The translations under genes were made by a program, and so were the position numbers. This document shows, one piece after another, positions 1-9,348 of a stretch of DNA of 49,494 nt (position 1 is its first letter; each line of letters opens with the position of its first letter). Below the pieces are notes generated by a model. It made no database searches. It was not told the origin of the DNA and saw only the letters and a list, made by a program, of their open reading frames with translations. The stretch covers positions 1 through 49,494 of IMG/VR virus record IMGVR_UViG_3300019476_000014, one strand, 5' to 3'. The stretch comes from a virus.

Positions 1-127
1 AACTTCGCCGACATGGTGTCGGTGATGATCGACATCGAATCATCAATGAATGACGTATTCTTCGACGCCTTCTCAGCCTCCTCCAACTGCTCGACATACA
101 AACCAACACTGTTCGACATACGCGACA
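1..127. repeat. Terminal overlap, identical to 49368..49494 (closure of a circular or circularly permuted assembly)
   Basis: Base-by-base comparison: positions 1-127 (aacttcgccgacatggtg...gttcgacatacgcgaca) recur verbatim as the last 127 bases. Confidence 0.95.
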
Positions 128-1838
128 ACAACTCCACGTCACGCACATTCTTAAACCCAAGATCCTTAATAGCCTGAGCCTTCTGCACCTTGTCGCTGAT
201 GCCCGCAAGGTTCTGCAAGATGCCCTGGAAGACCCGGTTCGGGTCATCACGCCACAGCTTCTGGAACTCGGCATCCGTCACACCCACAGCGCGGGCGTAC
301 GTGTGCATAGCGTCGCCGCCCTCAGCAGCAGCCGCGTTAATCGAGTTGAAGATACGCTGCAACGAACCACGCGCCCACTCCTTCGGGATAGCCAGCGACG
401 ACAACGTAGACGACAGGGCGAGAATCTGGTTCTGAGTAAAGCCAGCACTCTTACCCTGAGCGGCAATCGACACCATCATGTTGGCAATCTCAGGCTCCGT
501 CGCAACCGACTTCGCACCCAAGTCAGCAACCTGGTTCGCAAGAATCTTATACCCATCCCCCGCGCCCTTAGAGGACTCCTGCAAGCCACCCATCATCTGG
601 CCGAAACGACCAAACGCCGTCGTCGCAGCCTCAACATCCATCTCCGTCACCGTCGAGAACTCAGCGACAGCAGTCGTGAAGTCCTTCAGGTCCTTCGTCG
701 GAATGTTCATCTGTGCACCCAGCGTGGCGATCTTCGCCAGATCAGCAAACGGCGTCACAACCTTCTGCGTCGAAAGATCCGTATACGCCTTACGAAGTTC
801 GTTCAAATCATTAGTCGTACCCTGTGCGGTGCGCTTCACGTCAGCGAACGCGCGCTCCTGAGCAATACCAGCCTGCACAGCAGCCGACACCAGCGTGCCA
901 AGGCCAGCCGTAATAGCCCCGTAATACACCGCCGTGTCGCGAGCAGCATAACGAACGTTCTCAATCGCCTGCTCGTTCGCACGGAGCTGAGCCTTCGCCG
1001 CAGACGCATTGATACGCATTGCCTGGCGCTCGCCAGAACCCTGCTCCTTGATCACCGCGCGCTGCGTACGGCCAGCCTCAGCCTCACGAGCAGCAGCAAT
1101 ACGCGCAGACGCAGCGACAGCCGCAGCCTCACGCTTCGCCTCAGCGCTTGCCGTCACACCAGCAAGCTTTAGCTCGGCCTGCTGCAACTGCGAGGCAGCC
1201 TGAATCTCGGCAAGACGAGCAGCCTCATTGCCCTTCGCTTTCACTAGGTTCCGCTCGTCCCGGCCCTTCTGACGCTGCAACGGGATAACGTTGTCCTCAC
1301 GCTTCACGCTCGCCTGCGCACGAAGCTTCTCAGCCTGAGCCTCAGTCTTACGAGCCTGCGACTGGTTCAGCGCTGCCTGCGCACGCTTCGCCTTATCCTC
1401 AGCAGTAGCCATAGCATTAGTCGCTGATGCGACATCACGCATCGCAGCAGCAGTATCCTTCAGCTTTTGAATGTGATCATTCGTCAGCTTATTGCTGGCC
1501 TGCATTTCGCGCACAAAACGACGGTACGCCGATACAGCCTTATCGACACCACCAGCCAAGTCAACCTTCGACATGCCATCACTGGCACGCGACACAGACG
1601 ACAGGCCATCAGCAACAGACTTCAACGCTGTCGCCGTCTCACGCATGTTCTTAACCTTGCCGCTGTTAAGCTGCAATGAATCAAGGACAGAACCACCACG
1701 ACCAGACGGGGCCTTCAATGCAGCAACAGCAGACTGCAAAGAGCCGATCTGCTTTTCCAGAGCACTAATATCTCGCGCAGCCTTTTCAGCCCCCTCAGAA
1801 TTGACATCAATGTCAATCTTGATCGACTCGTCACTCAT
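1..1838 (-). CDS. Tail tape measure protein, N-terminal part (about 612 codons). The ORF is open to the left edge and continues at 49367 once the overlap is collapsed.
   Basis: ATG at 1838-1836 follows a GAGGA RBS (gtagaggattaagacATG). Hand translation of five spaced segments gave no stop (MSDESIKIDIDVN..., ...DERNLVKAKGNEAARLAEIQ..., ...MMVSIAAQGKSAGFTQNQIL...). The frame matches the MSNSVGLY ORF (1838-119 = 1719, divisible by 3). It is missing from the ORF track only because it has no stop inside the window. Confidence 0.85.
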   Translation of the reverse strand, partial: MSDESIKIDIDVNSEGAEKAARDISALEKQIGSLQSAVAALKAPSGRGGSVLDSLQLNSGKVKNMRETATALKSVADGLSSVSRASDGMSKVDLAGGVDKAVSAYRRFVREMQASNKLTNDHIQKLKDTAAAMRDVASATNAMATAEDKAKRAQAALNQSQARKTEAQAEKLRAQASVKREDNVIPLQRQKGRDERNLVKAKGNEAARLAEIQAASQLQQAELKLAGVTASAEAKREAAAVAASARIAAAREAEAGRTQRAVIKEQGSGERQAMRINASAAKAQLRANEQAIENVRYAARDTAVYYGAITAGLGTLVSAAVQAGIAQERAFADVKRTAQGTTNDLNELRKAYTDLSTQKVVTPFADLAKIATLGAQMNIPTKDLKDFTTAVAEFSTVTEMDVEAATTAFGRFGQMMGGLQESSKGAGDGYKILANQVADLGAKSVATEPEIANMMVSIAAQGKSAGFTQNQILALSSTLSSLAIPKEWARGSLQRIFNSINAAAAEGGDAMHTYARAVGVTDAEFQKLWRDDPNRVFQGILQNLAGISDKVQKAQAIKDLGFKNVRDVELLSRMSNSVGLYVEQLEEAEKASKNTSFIDDSMSIITDTMSAK

Positions 1839-1898
1839 GTCTTAATCCTCTACATAGAAATGTCCCCGGTACCACTTCAATGATACCAGGGACAATAC

Positions 1899-2552
1899 TC
1901 ACTTAACGAACTCCAATACCTCCAAAGGAGAAGGCATTGGTTCCTTTGTGCCATCAGAATACTCGACAGTATCCATCACTGTGTAGGTGCTTTCACCAGG
2001 TCTTGAATCCCGCTGCTTCTCCCGATAGGTCTCAAGCTCAGCACATGAATAGCACGTCGAATGCTCAACATGGAACTCAATGGATGAATGCTCACTGCGC
2101 CCATACCACAAAGGTGTTCCGCATTTGTTACACAGGCTGTCGAGGTAATACTGATAGCCTGCACACAATGCCAGATCAAGCGGCGTGTATTCGGTTTGGG
2201 GGATCGACTCATAATCCTTGTCGTCGCCAAACCATACAGGCAGGGTGCGAGCAAACATGCCATAAGCCCCAATGAACAATGTAGGAGGTTTGCCTTCAGC
2301 CCTCGCGGTCTTCAGAAGCAAGAGCATCCACTGATTCTCCTGCTTCGACAGCTCCGTCCCCACGAAACGTAGGATCGGAGATCGCCTCCGACACAACGAC
2401 ACCCAACGTCTGAGCGTCATTCCACGTAGTGCAAATCTGCTGCCACAGGAATTCAGGCAACGCGCCGCGAAGCTCGGCAGCATCATCGTCTGACAGTCCC
2501 TTCTGAGACTCACCCGTCTCATTGTAGATGACTTCGACACAAGCGTGAGCAA
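1899..2552 (-). CDS. Tail assembly chaperone, frameshift-extension ORF (gpT-like); probably expressed only as a fusion to 2296..2922
   Basis: This ORF overlaps the 3' part of the upstream chaperone ORF in another frame and ends 61 nt before the tape measure start, the classic G/GT position. No convincing start or RBS of its own. Confidence 0.6.
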   Translation of the reverse strand: MLTLVSKSSTMRRVSLRRDCQTMMLPSFAARCLNSCGSRFALRGMTLRRWVSLCRRRSPILRFVGTELSKQENQWMLLLLKTARAEGKPPTLFIGAYGMFARTLPVWFGDDKDYESIPQTEYTPLDLALCAGYQYYLDSLCNKCGTPLWYGRSEHSSIEFHVEHSTCYSCAELETYREKQRDSRPGESTYTVMDTVEYSDGTKEPMPSPLEVLEFVK

Positions 2553-2922
2553 TGATGTACTCCATCAGTCGATCCTCGCGTTCGACATCAATGACCGCCT
2601 TCTCGTCAGCAGACTTGTTCTTCGTCGAAAACACGGGGTCAGTCCACACGCGGCGCTTGAGGACCTGAAGCTCCTTATTCGACAGGGCACGAAGACGAAG
2701 AGTGATCGTCTGCTTGCGCAGCTCCTCAAGCTCCTCCTGGAATACCACACCAGGACCCACATCCGTGATCGAACGGGGCGCAGTGTTCTGTGCGACAAGG
2801 GCAGCCTTCGCGGCCTCAGTCAGCTCCAAGAAACGCTCAGCATCCTCGGTGTTCAAGGGTACGTCGATGGCCTTCACAGTGGGCTTGATCGACGAGATGA
2901 TCTTAGACAGTTCGAAAGGCAT
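2296..2922 (-). CDS. Tail assembly chaperone (gpG-like)
   Basis: 208-aa acidic protein between the major tail and tape measure genes, with an overlapping downstream ORF in an alternative frame. Confidence 0.7.
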   Translation of the reverse strand: MPFELSKIISSIKPTVKAIDVPLNTEDAERFLELTEAAKAALVAQNTAPRSITDVGPGVVFQEELEELRKQTITLRLRALSNKELQVLKRRVWTDPVFSTKNKSADEKAVIDVEREDRLMEYIIAHACVEVIYNETGESQKGLSDDDAAELRGALPEFLWQQICTTWNDAQTLGVVVSEAISDPTFRGDGAVEAGESVDALASEDREG

Positions 2923-2983
2923 GATGTCTACTCCAATCAGATATGAGAATACCCCCGCACCTCGGAGGTACGAGGGTATTCTA

Positions 2984-3529
2984 TCAGGCCGCGATGGCCT
3001 TATTCAGTTCCATGTAGCCCTGAGGCAGGAACGGCACAGTGAACTGGATGGGCTTATCGCCGTCACCCAGCTCATCCTTCGGGTTGTCTGCAACAACCTT
3101 GAACACGCTGATCTCCATGCCAGCCTCGACAGGAGTACCCTGTCGGAAGCCGATACGCTGAACAAGGTAGCCCTCGTTCAGGCCATCAAGGACGCCCCGC
3201 TTGAAAAGCTGAAACGCCTTGTCGTAGACGCTCGTGTTGCCAGCTGCCTTCTGGCCGGGTGCAATCGCCTCACGGAAGAAGGTCAGCGACGCTTCGTAGT
3301 TCGACACCGTGGGGGTCTTGGCGTTTCCGGAGTCACAAATGGAACGCGAGTCATCCGTGTCGCTGTCGGTCGCACCCAGCGTCATGCCAGCCACAATGGC
3401 ACATGAAATGTCCACGGCCTTAGCCGAGGCACCCGTGTAAGTGGCAACCTTAAAAAGGTCACCCACGTTGGTAACACTGTCAGCCGAAATCCACCAAATA
3501 GAGGTATTCGGAGAAAGCATCTTGGGCAT
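2984..3529 (-). CDS. Major tail (tube) protein
   Basis: 181 aa, strong RBS (caggaggactgattATG), located after the head-tail joining genes and before the chaperones. Confidence 0.7.
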   Translation of the reverse strand: MPKMLSPNTSIWWISADSVTNVGDLFKVATYTGASAKAVDISCAIVAGMTLGATDSDTDDSRSICDSGNAKTPTVSNYEASLTFFREAIAPGQKAAGNTSVYDKAFQLFKRGVLDGLNEGYLVQRIGFRQGTPVEAGMEISVFKVVADNPKDELGDGDKPIQFTVPFLPQGYMELNKAIAA

Positions 3530-3531
3530 AA

Positions 3532-3705
3532 TCAGTCCTCCTGATCCGTCGTATTGTCAATATCAATGATATCATCCTCACCACAGCACTTAGGCGGTGT
3601 CACGGGCGTATCATCATCAACAGGCTCATACATATCGGGCAACACCGACAGCATGTCCTTAGACTTTTCGCACACAATACCCGTGTGGATATTCCGTACT
3701 CGCAT
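3532..3705 (-). CDS. Small acidic hypothetical protein (57 aa, below the ORF-track cutoff)
   Basis: Hand translation: MRVRNIHTGIVCEKSKDMLSVLPDMYEPVDDDTPVTPPKCCGEDDIIDIDNTTDQED. The ATG lies 1 nt after the upstream stop (TGAtATG) and the ORF exactly fills the gap before the major tail gene. Confidence 0.45.
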   Translation of the reverse strand: MRVRNIHTGIVCEKSKDMLSVLPDMYEPVDDDTPVTPPKCCGEDDIIDIDNTTDQED

Positions 3706-3706
3706 A

Positions 3707-4123
3707 TCAATCCCCCCTATCCAGGTTCACGTAGAAACTCATATGCCGCTGATAAACAGTAGGCCGCAATGTCGAATCATGATCCGCCGTCGAACCGACA
3801 GAAGCCGCAATGTTCACCTCATTCGACCCGTCAATCAACACAGCACCAATGAGCTTTTCCTTCACAACCGACACCAGCCGGTCGAGCATTTCCTTATTCT
3901 CAGCATAAACATCCACATAAAAAGGATGGTCATACACATCCTGAGTGTGCCCTGCCATCGACAGGTACGAGTTCAAGTAGCGGTTAATTTCCGCCCCGCC
4001 GTGGTACACAATGTACAAAGGCTTCTTCACATCACGAGCAAAAGAATCAAAGACCTCAATATCCCGGATGCCTCGCAATAGATCAAGACAGGCCTTGTCG
4101 AACTCAAGTGTACGATCCCTCAC
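3707..4123 (-). CDS. Tail terminator / tail completion-like protein
   Basis: 138 aa; GTG start overlaps the upstream stop (GTGA). Position is immediately upstream of the major tail gene. Confidence 0.5.
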   Translation of the reverse strand: MRDRTLEFDKACLDLLRGIRDIEVFDSFARDVKKPLYIVYHGGAEINRYLNSYLSMAGHTQDVYDHPFYVDVYAENKEMLDRLVSVVKEKLIGAVLIDGSNEVNIAASVGSTADHDSTLRPTVYQRHMSFYVNLDRGD

Positions 4124-4596
4124 TTCAACCTCCCATAAAACTCTTCACGGAACACCTTCGTCACACGAGGCAGGTACTTCGCCGGAGTAATACCGTTACC
4201 CGCAGACTTCTTCGCCTTGGCACGCAAACCAGATCGCAAGTACCCTGTCGTCCTATTACCCTGAGTACCATTCTCCTGCCATGAGTAGTAGGGTTTCTCA
4301 CGCGCCCACTTATGCCAACCGATCTCCACGACCTTGCCACCCTTAGACGCATCGACACTGAACGTATCACGCATATAGCCTGTATCGACACGCCGAGGAT
4401 CCGTATCGATCAACTCTCGGCCATACTCAGTGGAAGCGGCAGCAGCAGCCTGAGCAGCCTCATTCACACGCTTCCACGCAGCATCGATGATCTTCTTCTT
4501 CGCACGAGCGGCGACACCATACCGGTCAGACTCGACAGTGATCTTAATGCCAGCGACACGCCCATCAAAGCGGACAACCTTCTTAGTTCTGGCCAT
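4120..4596 (-). CDS. Head-tail joining protein (HK97 gp10-like)
   Basis: Internal start MARTKKVV with RBS acgggggatactaATG. Size and position fit the HK97 gp10 family. The longer track ORF (to 4671) overlaps the upstream gene. Confidence 0.55.
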   Translation of the reverse strand: MARTKKVVRFDGRVAGIKITVESDRYGVAARAKKKIIDAAWKRVNEAAQAAAAASTEYGRELIDTDPRRVDTGYMRDTFSVDASKGGKVVEIGWHKWAREKPYYSWQENGTQGNRTTGYLRSGLRAKAKKSAGNGITPAKYLPRVTKVFREEFYGRLK

Positions 4597-5077
4597 TAGT
4601 ATCCCCCGTCTCAAAGTCACACAATAGCGTCGGCTGCCATGGCAACGAGTCGAACACAGCGTTACGGACAACTAGCTTCAAGCCATTCTGTCGGGGGTCA
4701 GCAGGAGACTCATTAATCACCACACGCATACCCTCTGCAAACGACACACGCATCGTAGGATCGCCCCACAGATGCTTGTTCACAATCCCATTCTTGTCGA
4801 TATGAAGAAGCTGAATACGATACGCGTGCACGCCCGTCACTTCACCAGCCCACTCGCGATTACGAGCACGCCAGTCAACGTTAGGCGTTACGTTCGCCCA
4901 CCCAACCCAGATAGGCAGATTCTCCTGGTTATGTAGTCCGTGCTCAGGGTCCCACTCGTGCTCGACAGAATCTGGAGTCGGATACACACTGATCTTGCTA
5001 TTCGACAACAATTCCAAAGGATAATGCGCAAGAGTCACAAACAATGGATGGATATTAGGGTTGATCGACAGCGCCAT
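4583..5077 (-). CDS. Head closure / head-tail adaptor protein
   Basis: Start MALSINPN overlaps the upstream stop as TAATG; position within the connector gene set. Confidence 0.5.
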   Translation of the reverse strand: MALSINPNIHPLFVTLAHYPLELLSNSKISVYPTPDSVEHEWDPEHGLHNQENLPIWVGWANVTPNVDWRARNREWAGEVTGVHAYRIQLLHIDKNGIVNKHLWGDPTMRVSFAEGMRVVINESPADPRQNGLKLVVRNAVFDSLPWQPTLLCDFETGDTNGQN

Positions 5078-5457
5078 TAGAAGTTCACCACCCAATCAAC
5101 AGGATCATACGACGGCATGATGACATCAAACGACAGGTTGTTCTCGTCGTCTTCCCTTGCCTGCTCCCGCAAAGTCTTCGCGCGCTTCACAATGGCGTCG
5201 AGCAGCTTAGCACCATCCGTCTGCTTATCATCAGTCTTCAAGACGAGAAGCTGCAATGCCTTATCCATGCCGATAGCGTCGCACGCATCAGCAGCGGCCC
5301 GCTTCACATTTCCATTGTTAACAGCAAGGAAAGCAAGAATCTCATCATCCGTAAACAAATAGCGAGGCTCATTGCGAAGGTCCCGCAAGTCCTCCAACTT
5401 ACGCAAGTCAGGAATAAGAACCCTTACCTGGCCAATAGGAGAAGTGTAGTCAATCAT
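5077..5457 (-). CDS. Head-tail connector (gp6-like) protein
   Basis: 126 aa, first gene after the major capsid gene. Confidence 0.5.
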   Translation of the reverse strand: MIDYTSPIGQVRVLIPDLRKLEDLRDLRNEPRYLFTDDEILAFLAVNNGNVKRAAADACDAIGMDKALQLLVLKTDDKQTDGAKLLDAIVKRAKTLREQAREDDENNLSFDVIMPSYDPVDWVVNF

Positions 5458-5514
5458 GATCTAAGTATAACTGAACCCCCTACAGCAAAAGCCATAGGGG
5501 GTTCAATCAATCCG

Positions 5515-6657
5515 TCAGGAGTTCAGGCCTGTAGACCCAATAACACCATCATAACGGACAAGGCCCGCGCCAGCAATCTGACGAATACGAATCTCGATGT
5601 CGTCGTTGTCGAACGAACCCTCGTACGGGTTAACGTCCCCGCCGCCGAGCATCTGGCCGGTCTTGTTATGGATGCGAAGCTCAGGAGCCTCACGACCCAT
5701 CATTCCGGTCTTGGCCAAGACGGTCTTGCCATTGGCACGACCACCCTTCGGAAGGAGGACCCATGCCTTCTCGCCACCGACAACCGAGATGAGGTCGGAG
5801 GAAAGCACCTCCAGACCCTTCAGCGGGTTCGCCTTGATCTCCGTACGCTTGCCAACCTGCGTACGAATCTCATTGATGAGGGTGTAGTTCTTGGCGACCT
5901 CAGCCAGAGCCGGGTTGGTCACCAGCACAAACCCTTCAGGCACATACGTAGAATGCCCGTCACGGATGGTCGCAAGAGCCTGGTAGCGTGCAGCCACAAT
6001 GGCATCGAACGACAGAGCCGCGTTCTTCACGCCACCGACACCACCAGCACCCGTGCCACCAGTGAACTCATCCGGAACGGTCGTGAAGTCAGCCTTCGTC
6101 TTGTTGGCGTCATTAAACACGTCCGCACGAAGAGACTTCGTGACCGGATCGAAAATCTGAAGCAGAACCAGCAGGTCCTCAGTACGCGCAGCAAGCGTCG
6201 CAGCATCCTTCGGGAAACGTGCAATCACGTTCCACTCATCGTTGATAAACGACTCGAAGGAGAACTGGATGCGAGCACCGTGCTTGCTGGTGGTGATAAA
6301 CGCACCCTCTGCCTGGTACGACATGGTGGGGTAGGGGGTGAGTTCAGGGACATGAGGAAGCGTGCCGACAGGGTGCTTGTAGCCCCCGTTGTCGATGGGA
6401 GCAGTCGTGGTGTCAGGCTTCAGCGACAGGAGCGAAGCAGGGCGGAAGTCCGTCAGCAGCTCCTTGGTAGCAATATTGCCCCACATCGTGTTGTAGGAGT
6501 CAAAATACTCCTGGAAGCGCACGTTCGCGGCTGTCACGAACATGGGCGCGAGTTGGTCAGAGGTGATGGCTTCCTTCAGGCGAGCCTGCGCAAGACGGTC
6601 GCCTGCAAGGGCCTCAGCCAACTGAGTATTGAAGTCTTCCTGGTTCTTGAAACGCAC
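5515..6657 (-). CDS. Major capsid protein
   Basis: 380 aa, GTG start with RBS taggaggcaattaaaGTG. Follows the scaffold/protease and decoration-like genes, the canonical position and size. Confidence 0.75.
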   Translation of the reverse strand: MRFKNQEDFNTQLAEALAGDRLAQARLKEAITSDQLAPMFVTAANVRFQEYFDSYNTMWGNIATKELLTDFRPASLLSLKPDTTTAPIDNGGYKHPVGTLPHVPELTPYPTMSYQAEGAFITTSKHGARIQFSFESFINDEWNVIARFPKDAATLAARTEDLLVLLQIFDPVTKSLRADVFNDANKTKADFTTVPDEFTGGTGAGGVGGVKNAALSFDAIVAARYQALATIRDGHSTYVPEGFVLVTNPALAEVAKNYTLINEIRTQVGKRTEIKANPLKGLEVLSSDLISVVGGEKAWVLLPKGGRANGKTVLAKTGMMGREAPELRIHNKTGQMLGGGDVNPYEGSFDNDDIEIRIRQIAGAGLVRYDGVIGSTGLNS

Positions 6658-6672
6658 TTTAATTGCCTCCTA

Positions 6673-7146
6673 TCAGGCGGTCTTTGCAGGCGCAAGGACA
6701 ACCTGCATCTTCTGATCGACAGAAGCGGACGACACAGGCTCCTTCAGCCAGCCGATAATGACATCCGCACCCGTCTTGACGGTCGTCACAACAGGCTTGG
6801 TGCCAGCACCCGTCGCAGCCTTCACGTACACAGGGTCACCAGCCTTGGCATCAGCAGTGACCTTGCCAGTCAGCTCGAACACACCGCCAGCGACACGCAC
6901 AGAGGCGTAGCCGGGGCCATTCAGCCCATAGGTAGGAGCCGTCAAGACCTCACCGAGGGTCTTCTCAGGCTCAGCAGTCGTGGGGCGAACCTTCGACTGA
7001 AGAATGCCAGCAATGCCGTTCGCCTTGTTAATGACAACGGCATCACCCGGCTCAAGATGAGCCTGCGCTGCATCGACAGGCAGAGAAAGAGTATCCGAGT
7101 ACTCGAAAATCTGATTGTCATTGACAACAGGAACCTTAATAGGCAT
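6673..7146 (-). CDS. Head decoration / cement-like protein (DUF2190-like)
   Basis: Start MPIKVPVV. Gly/Val/Ala-rich, about 157 aa, between the scaffold and capsid genes. Confidence 0.45.
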   Translation of the reverse strand: MPIKVPVVNDNQIFEYSDTLSLPVDAAQAHLEPGDAVVINKANGIAGILQSKVRPTTAEPEKTLGEVLTAPTYGLNGPGYASVRVAGGVFELTGKVTADAKAGDPVYVKAATGAGTKPVVTTVKTGADVIIGWLKEPVSSASVDQKMQVVLAPAKTA

Positions 7147-7160
7147 AACCGCCACAGTGA

Positions 7161-8009
7161 TCACCAACCGATCTTCTTGAAAGTGTTAACAGGCTTGTCG
7201 TCAACCGGGGTAGCAGTAGCCGCCACAGCCTCCTTCAGATAAGCACGCTCAGACTCCAAAGCGGAATCAACATCCGCACCAGCCTTCACGGCCTCACGAA
7301 CACGCACGATGGCAGCCTCCGGCAAACCAGACTCAGCAATCCTGCGGCCAGCCTCAAGAACCGAATCAACATCGACAGATGCCTCTTCGGTAGGCTCTTC
7401 TGCCTTGGCCTCCTGAATAGTAGCCACAGCAGCTTCGAGCTTAGAGCTGAGAGCTTCAATAAGAGAAGCCTTCAGCTCGTCGAACTTGGACTCGATCTCC
7501 TTGTCCATGCCCGCCTCCTTAACGTAATTGTCGTTTCGATTAGATTCTAGCAGATCGATAATAGCTCCACCTGCACCCGGAGTAGTCACAAAGTCAACTG
7601 AACGCACTCCAGCAATAGGTGGAACAATACCATTCTCACTAATAGGGTCAGCACACCAAGCATTAATAGAAACACCAATATGCTCCCACTTATCCTTGAT
7701 TAGCTCATTCACACCCGAAAAGACTTTGCACACCGTATAGAGTGCACCATCTTCTCCGACAGTGGCATCCTCCAAGAAGACACCAGCATAATCACGAATA
7801 GAACGCTCCGGGCGCTCCCACTCCTCGGTTTCTGTCGGATGGTCAATGAACATCTCAGTGCCAGCCTTGAACAAAGGCGCAGACTCAGCCAAGTTCTCAG
7901 CAGTATAAATACCACTCGAACCCTGACCTGGCACGATAATGCGAATCCGATACTTCCCATCACCCAGAGAACTAGCCTCCGGTGAGAAAGACTCATGCAG
8001 CTTATGCAT
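7161..8009 (-). CDS. Prohead scaffolding protein / maturation protease-like
   Basis: Start MHKLHESF with RBS taggagtagggggaccgATG, overlapping the portal stop by 8 nt. The C-terminal half is Ala/Glu-rich and helical, which fits a scaffold. Confidence 0.55.
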   Translation of the reverse strand: MHKLHESFSPEASSLGDGKYRIRIIVPGQGSSGIYTAENLAESAPLFKAGTEMFIDHPTETEEWERPERSIRDYAGVFLEDATVGEDGALYTVCKVFSGVNELIKDKWEHIGVSINAWCADPISENGIVPPIAGVRSVDFVTTPGAGGAIIDLLESNRNDNYVKEAGMDKEIESKFDELKASLIEALSSKLEAAVATIQEAKAEEPTEEASVDVDSVLEAGRRIAESGLPEAAIVRVREAVKAGADVDSALESERAYLKEAVAATATPVDDKPVNTFKKIGW

Positions 8010-9336
8010 CGGTCCCCCTACTCCTATTGTCGTTTGTTCCGTCCGACAGGGGGCCAACACCTGTCGCACGCCCGTCCTTGGTCTCGTCGTCACTCTTTGT
8101 CGATGTCGAGTCTTCCTTGCCCTCAGGCAGCTCAGGCAAATCCTCCAACGGCAAGGACCCAGCAATCTTCAGCAGTTGCAACACGCCGGAGCGCATCTCG
8201 ACCTGATGTAGCGCGCCATTCTGGTACGCAAGAGTCAGAGACTGAATTCTGCGATGCGTCTGGTCATTATTGATCGAACCGTACTCGACATTAATCTTAA
8301 TGCCGAGAGCCTGCGCGACCTCATTGAGCATGTCGATATGAAGCTGACGACGAAGCTCCAACGCCTTGAAGGTCGGGTCTTCCAGAGCAGTCTCAGCGCC
8401 CTGTCGTCCACCAGCAGATCCATCCGTCAGCAACACCGACAAGGGGATATCGAGAGCAGCCGACACCATAGCCGCAAGAGGCGTGCCAGCAGAGAAATCG
8501 ACACCAGCACCGGCCTTCGTAATCGCCTGAATGTCCTGGCCAGCCCCAATCGAGGCAGTGCCACCGACACCCATGCCAGCCATGCGCGCCGTCACAGCCT
8601 GCTGCTGCTTAGCGTTCACAGACTTCGCTTTGAAAGCCAGACGCGACAAGGACTTCTGCATCATGCGCGCAATTTCCAGATGCTCCTTGTAAGCCTGAGC
8701 ATAATTCAACGCACCCATAAGGTCCGGCTTGCCGTAATGCTCAGCACTTAGCCGGTTTACCGTCGTATACACAGCAGTCAGACGACGATTCACCTTGTAG
8801 TTCGCGGCATTAATCGTCACGCCCGTGTGATCCCACAGCATGTACCACTGAGGGTCCCCCGTAGTCGCAGGATTAATAAGCAGTGCAACGACATCCCCGG
8901 TCACATCATCAGTGGCAACACCACCAAGACGCATCAAAGGAATAGGCATGACCGTCTTCGTCGTCTTATCAACAAGGTAGATAACACAGCCGTCCGTGTT
9001 GAACGCCTGCTCATCACGGACACGGGCCTGCACACTGAAGCACGCCTTAGCGTTCTCGTCGATCACCTTACGTGCGGGCCTCGTCGCGCCCTTATACACA
9101 ACCGGGTCGGACCACATGTAGGCGTTGCGGACGACAAGACCGCGCTTCACAATCGGATTCAGCGTGGCCAAGCGACGTGCGCGTGCGGAATGATCCCGGA
9201 TAACATCAAGAGTAATAAGCGAGTCAGCACCCTCGACAGCAGACAACGACACCCAGCCGATGTCCTCCTGTCGAAGGCGGGCAAGGGACTCAGAATAAGC
9301 CCCCAAAGCCTCGATAAGTTTCTGCTCGTACTTCAT
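8002..9336 (-). CDS. Portal protein
   Basis: 444 aa, directly downstream of the large terminase gene. Confidence 0.75.
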   Translation of the reverse strand: MKYEQKLIEALGAYSESLARLRQEDIGWVSLSAVEGADSLITLDVIRDHSARARRLATLNPIVKRGLVVRNAYMWSDPVVYKGATRPARKVIDENAKACFSVQARVRDEQAFNTDGCVIYLVDKTTKTVMPIPLMRLGGVATDDVTGDVVALLINPATTGDPQWYMLWDHTGVTINAANYKVNRRLTAVYTTVNRLSAEHYGKPDLMGALNYAQAYKEHLEIARMMQKSLSRLAFKAKSVNAKQQQAVTARMAGMGVGGTASIGAGQDIQAITKAGAGVDFSAGTPLAAMVSAALDIPLSVLLTDGSAGGRQGAETALEDPTFKALELRRQLHIDMLNEVAQALGIKINVEYGSINNDQTHRRIQSLTLAYQNGALHQVEMRSGVLQLLKIAGSLPLEDLPELPEGKEDSTSTKSDDETKDGRATGVGPLSDGTNDNRSRGTDA

Positions 9337-9348
9337 AAACTAAGCCTA

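Noticed and set aside
190-1845. Several plus-strand ORFs (190-435, 303-1172, 478-861, 1009-1203, 1427-1845)
   Set aside because: They are antisense shadows of the tape measure gene, which is invisible in the ORF track because it runs off the left edge. Their translations are Arg/Ser/Leu/His-rich low complexity and they have no RBS. The minus strand translates to a coherent tape-measure sequence in frame with 46028-49486.
5668-7242. A 524-aa plus-strand ORF, with similar long antisense ORFs at 13070-14188, 14722-15819, 15877-16992, 44237-45046, 45151-45759 and 48452-49420
   Set aside because: All lie opposite genes with recognisable products (capsid, LPXTG protein, amidase, tail proteins). 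Their translations are dominated by Arg, Leu, His and Ser, and they lack RBSs and coupling to neighbours. This is typical of stop-poor antisense frames in GC-rich coding DNA.
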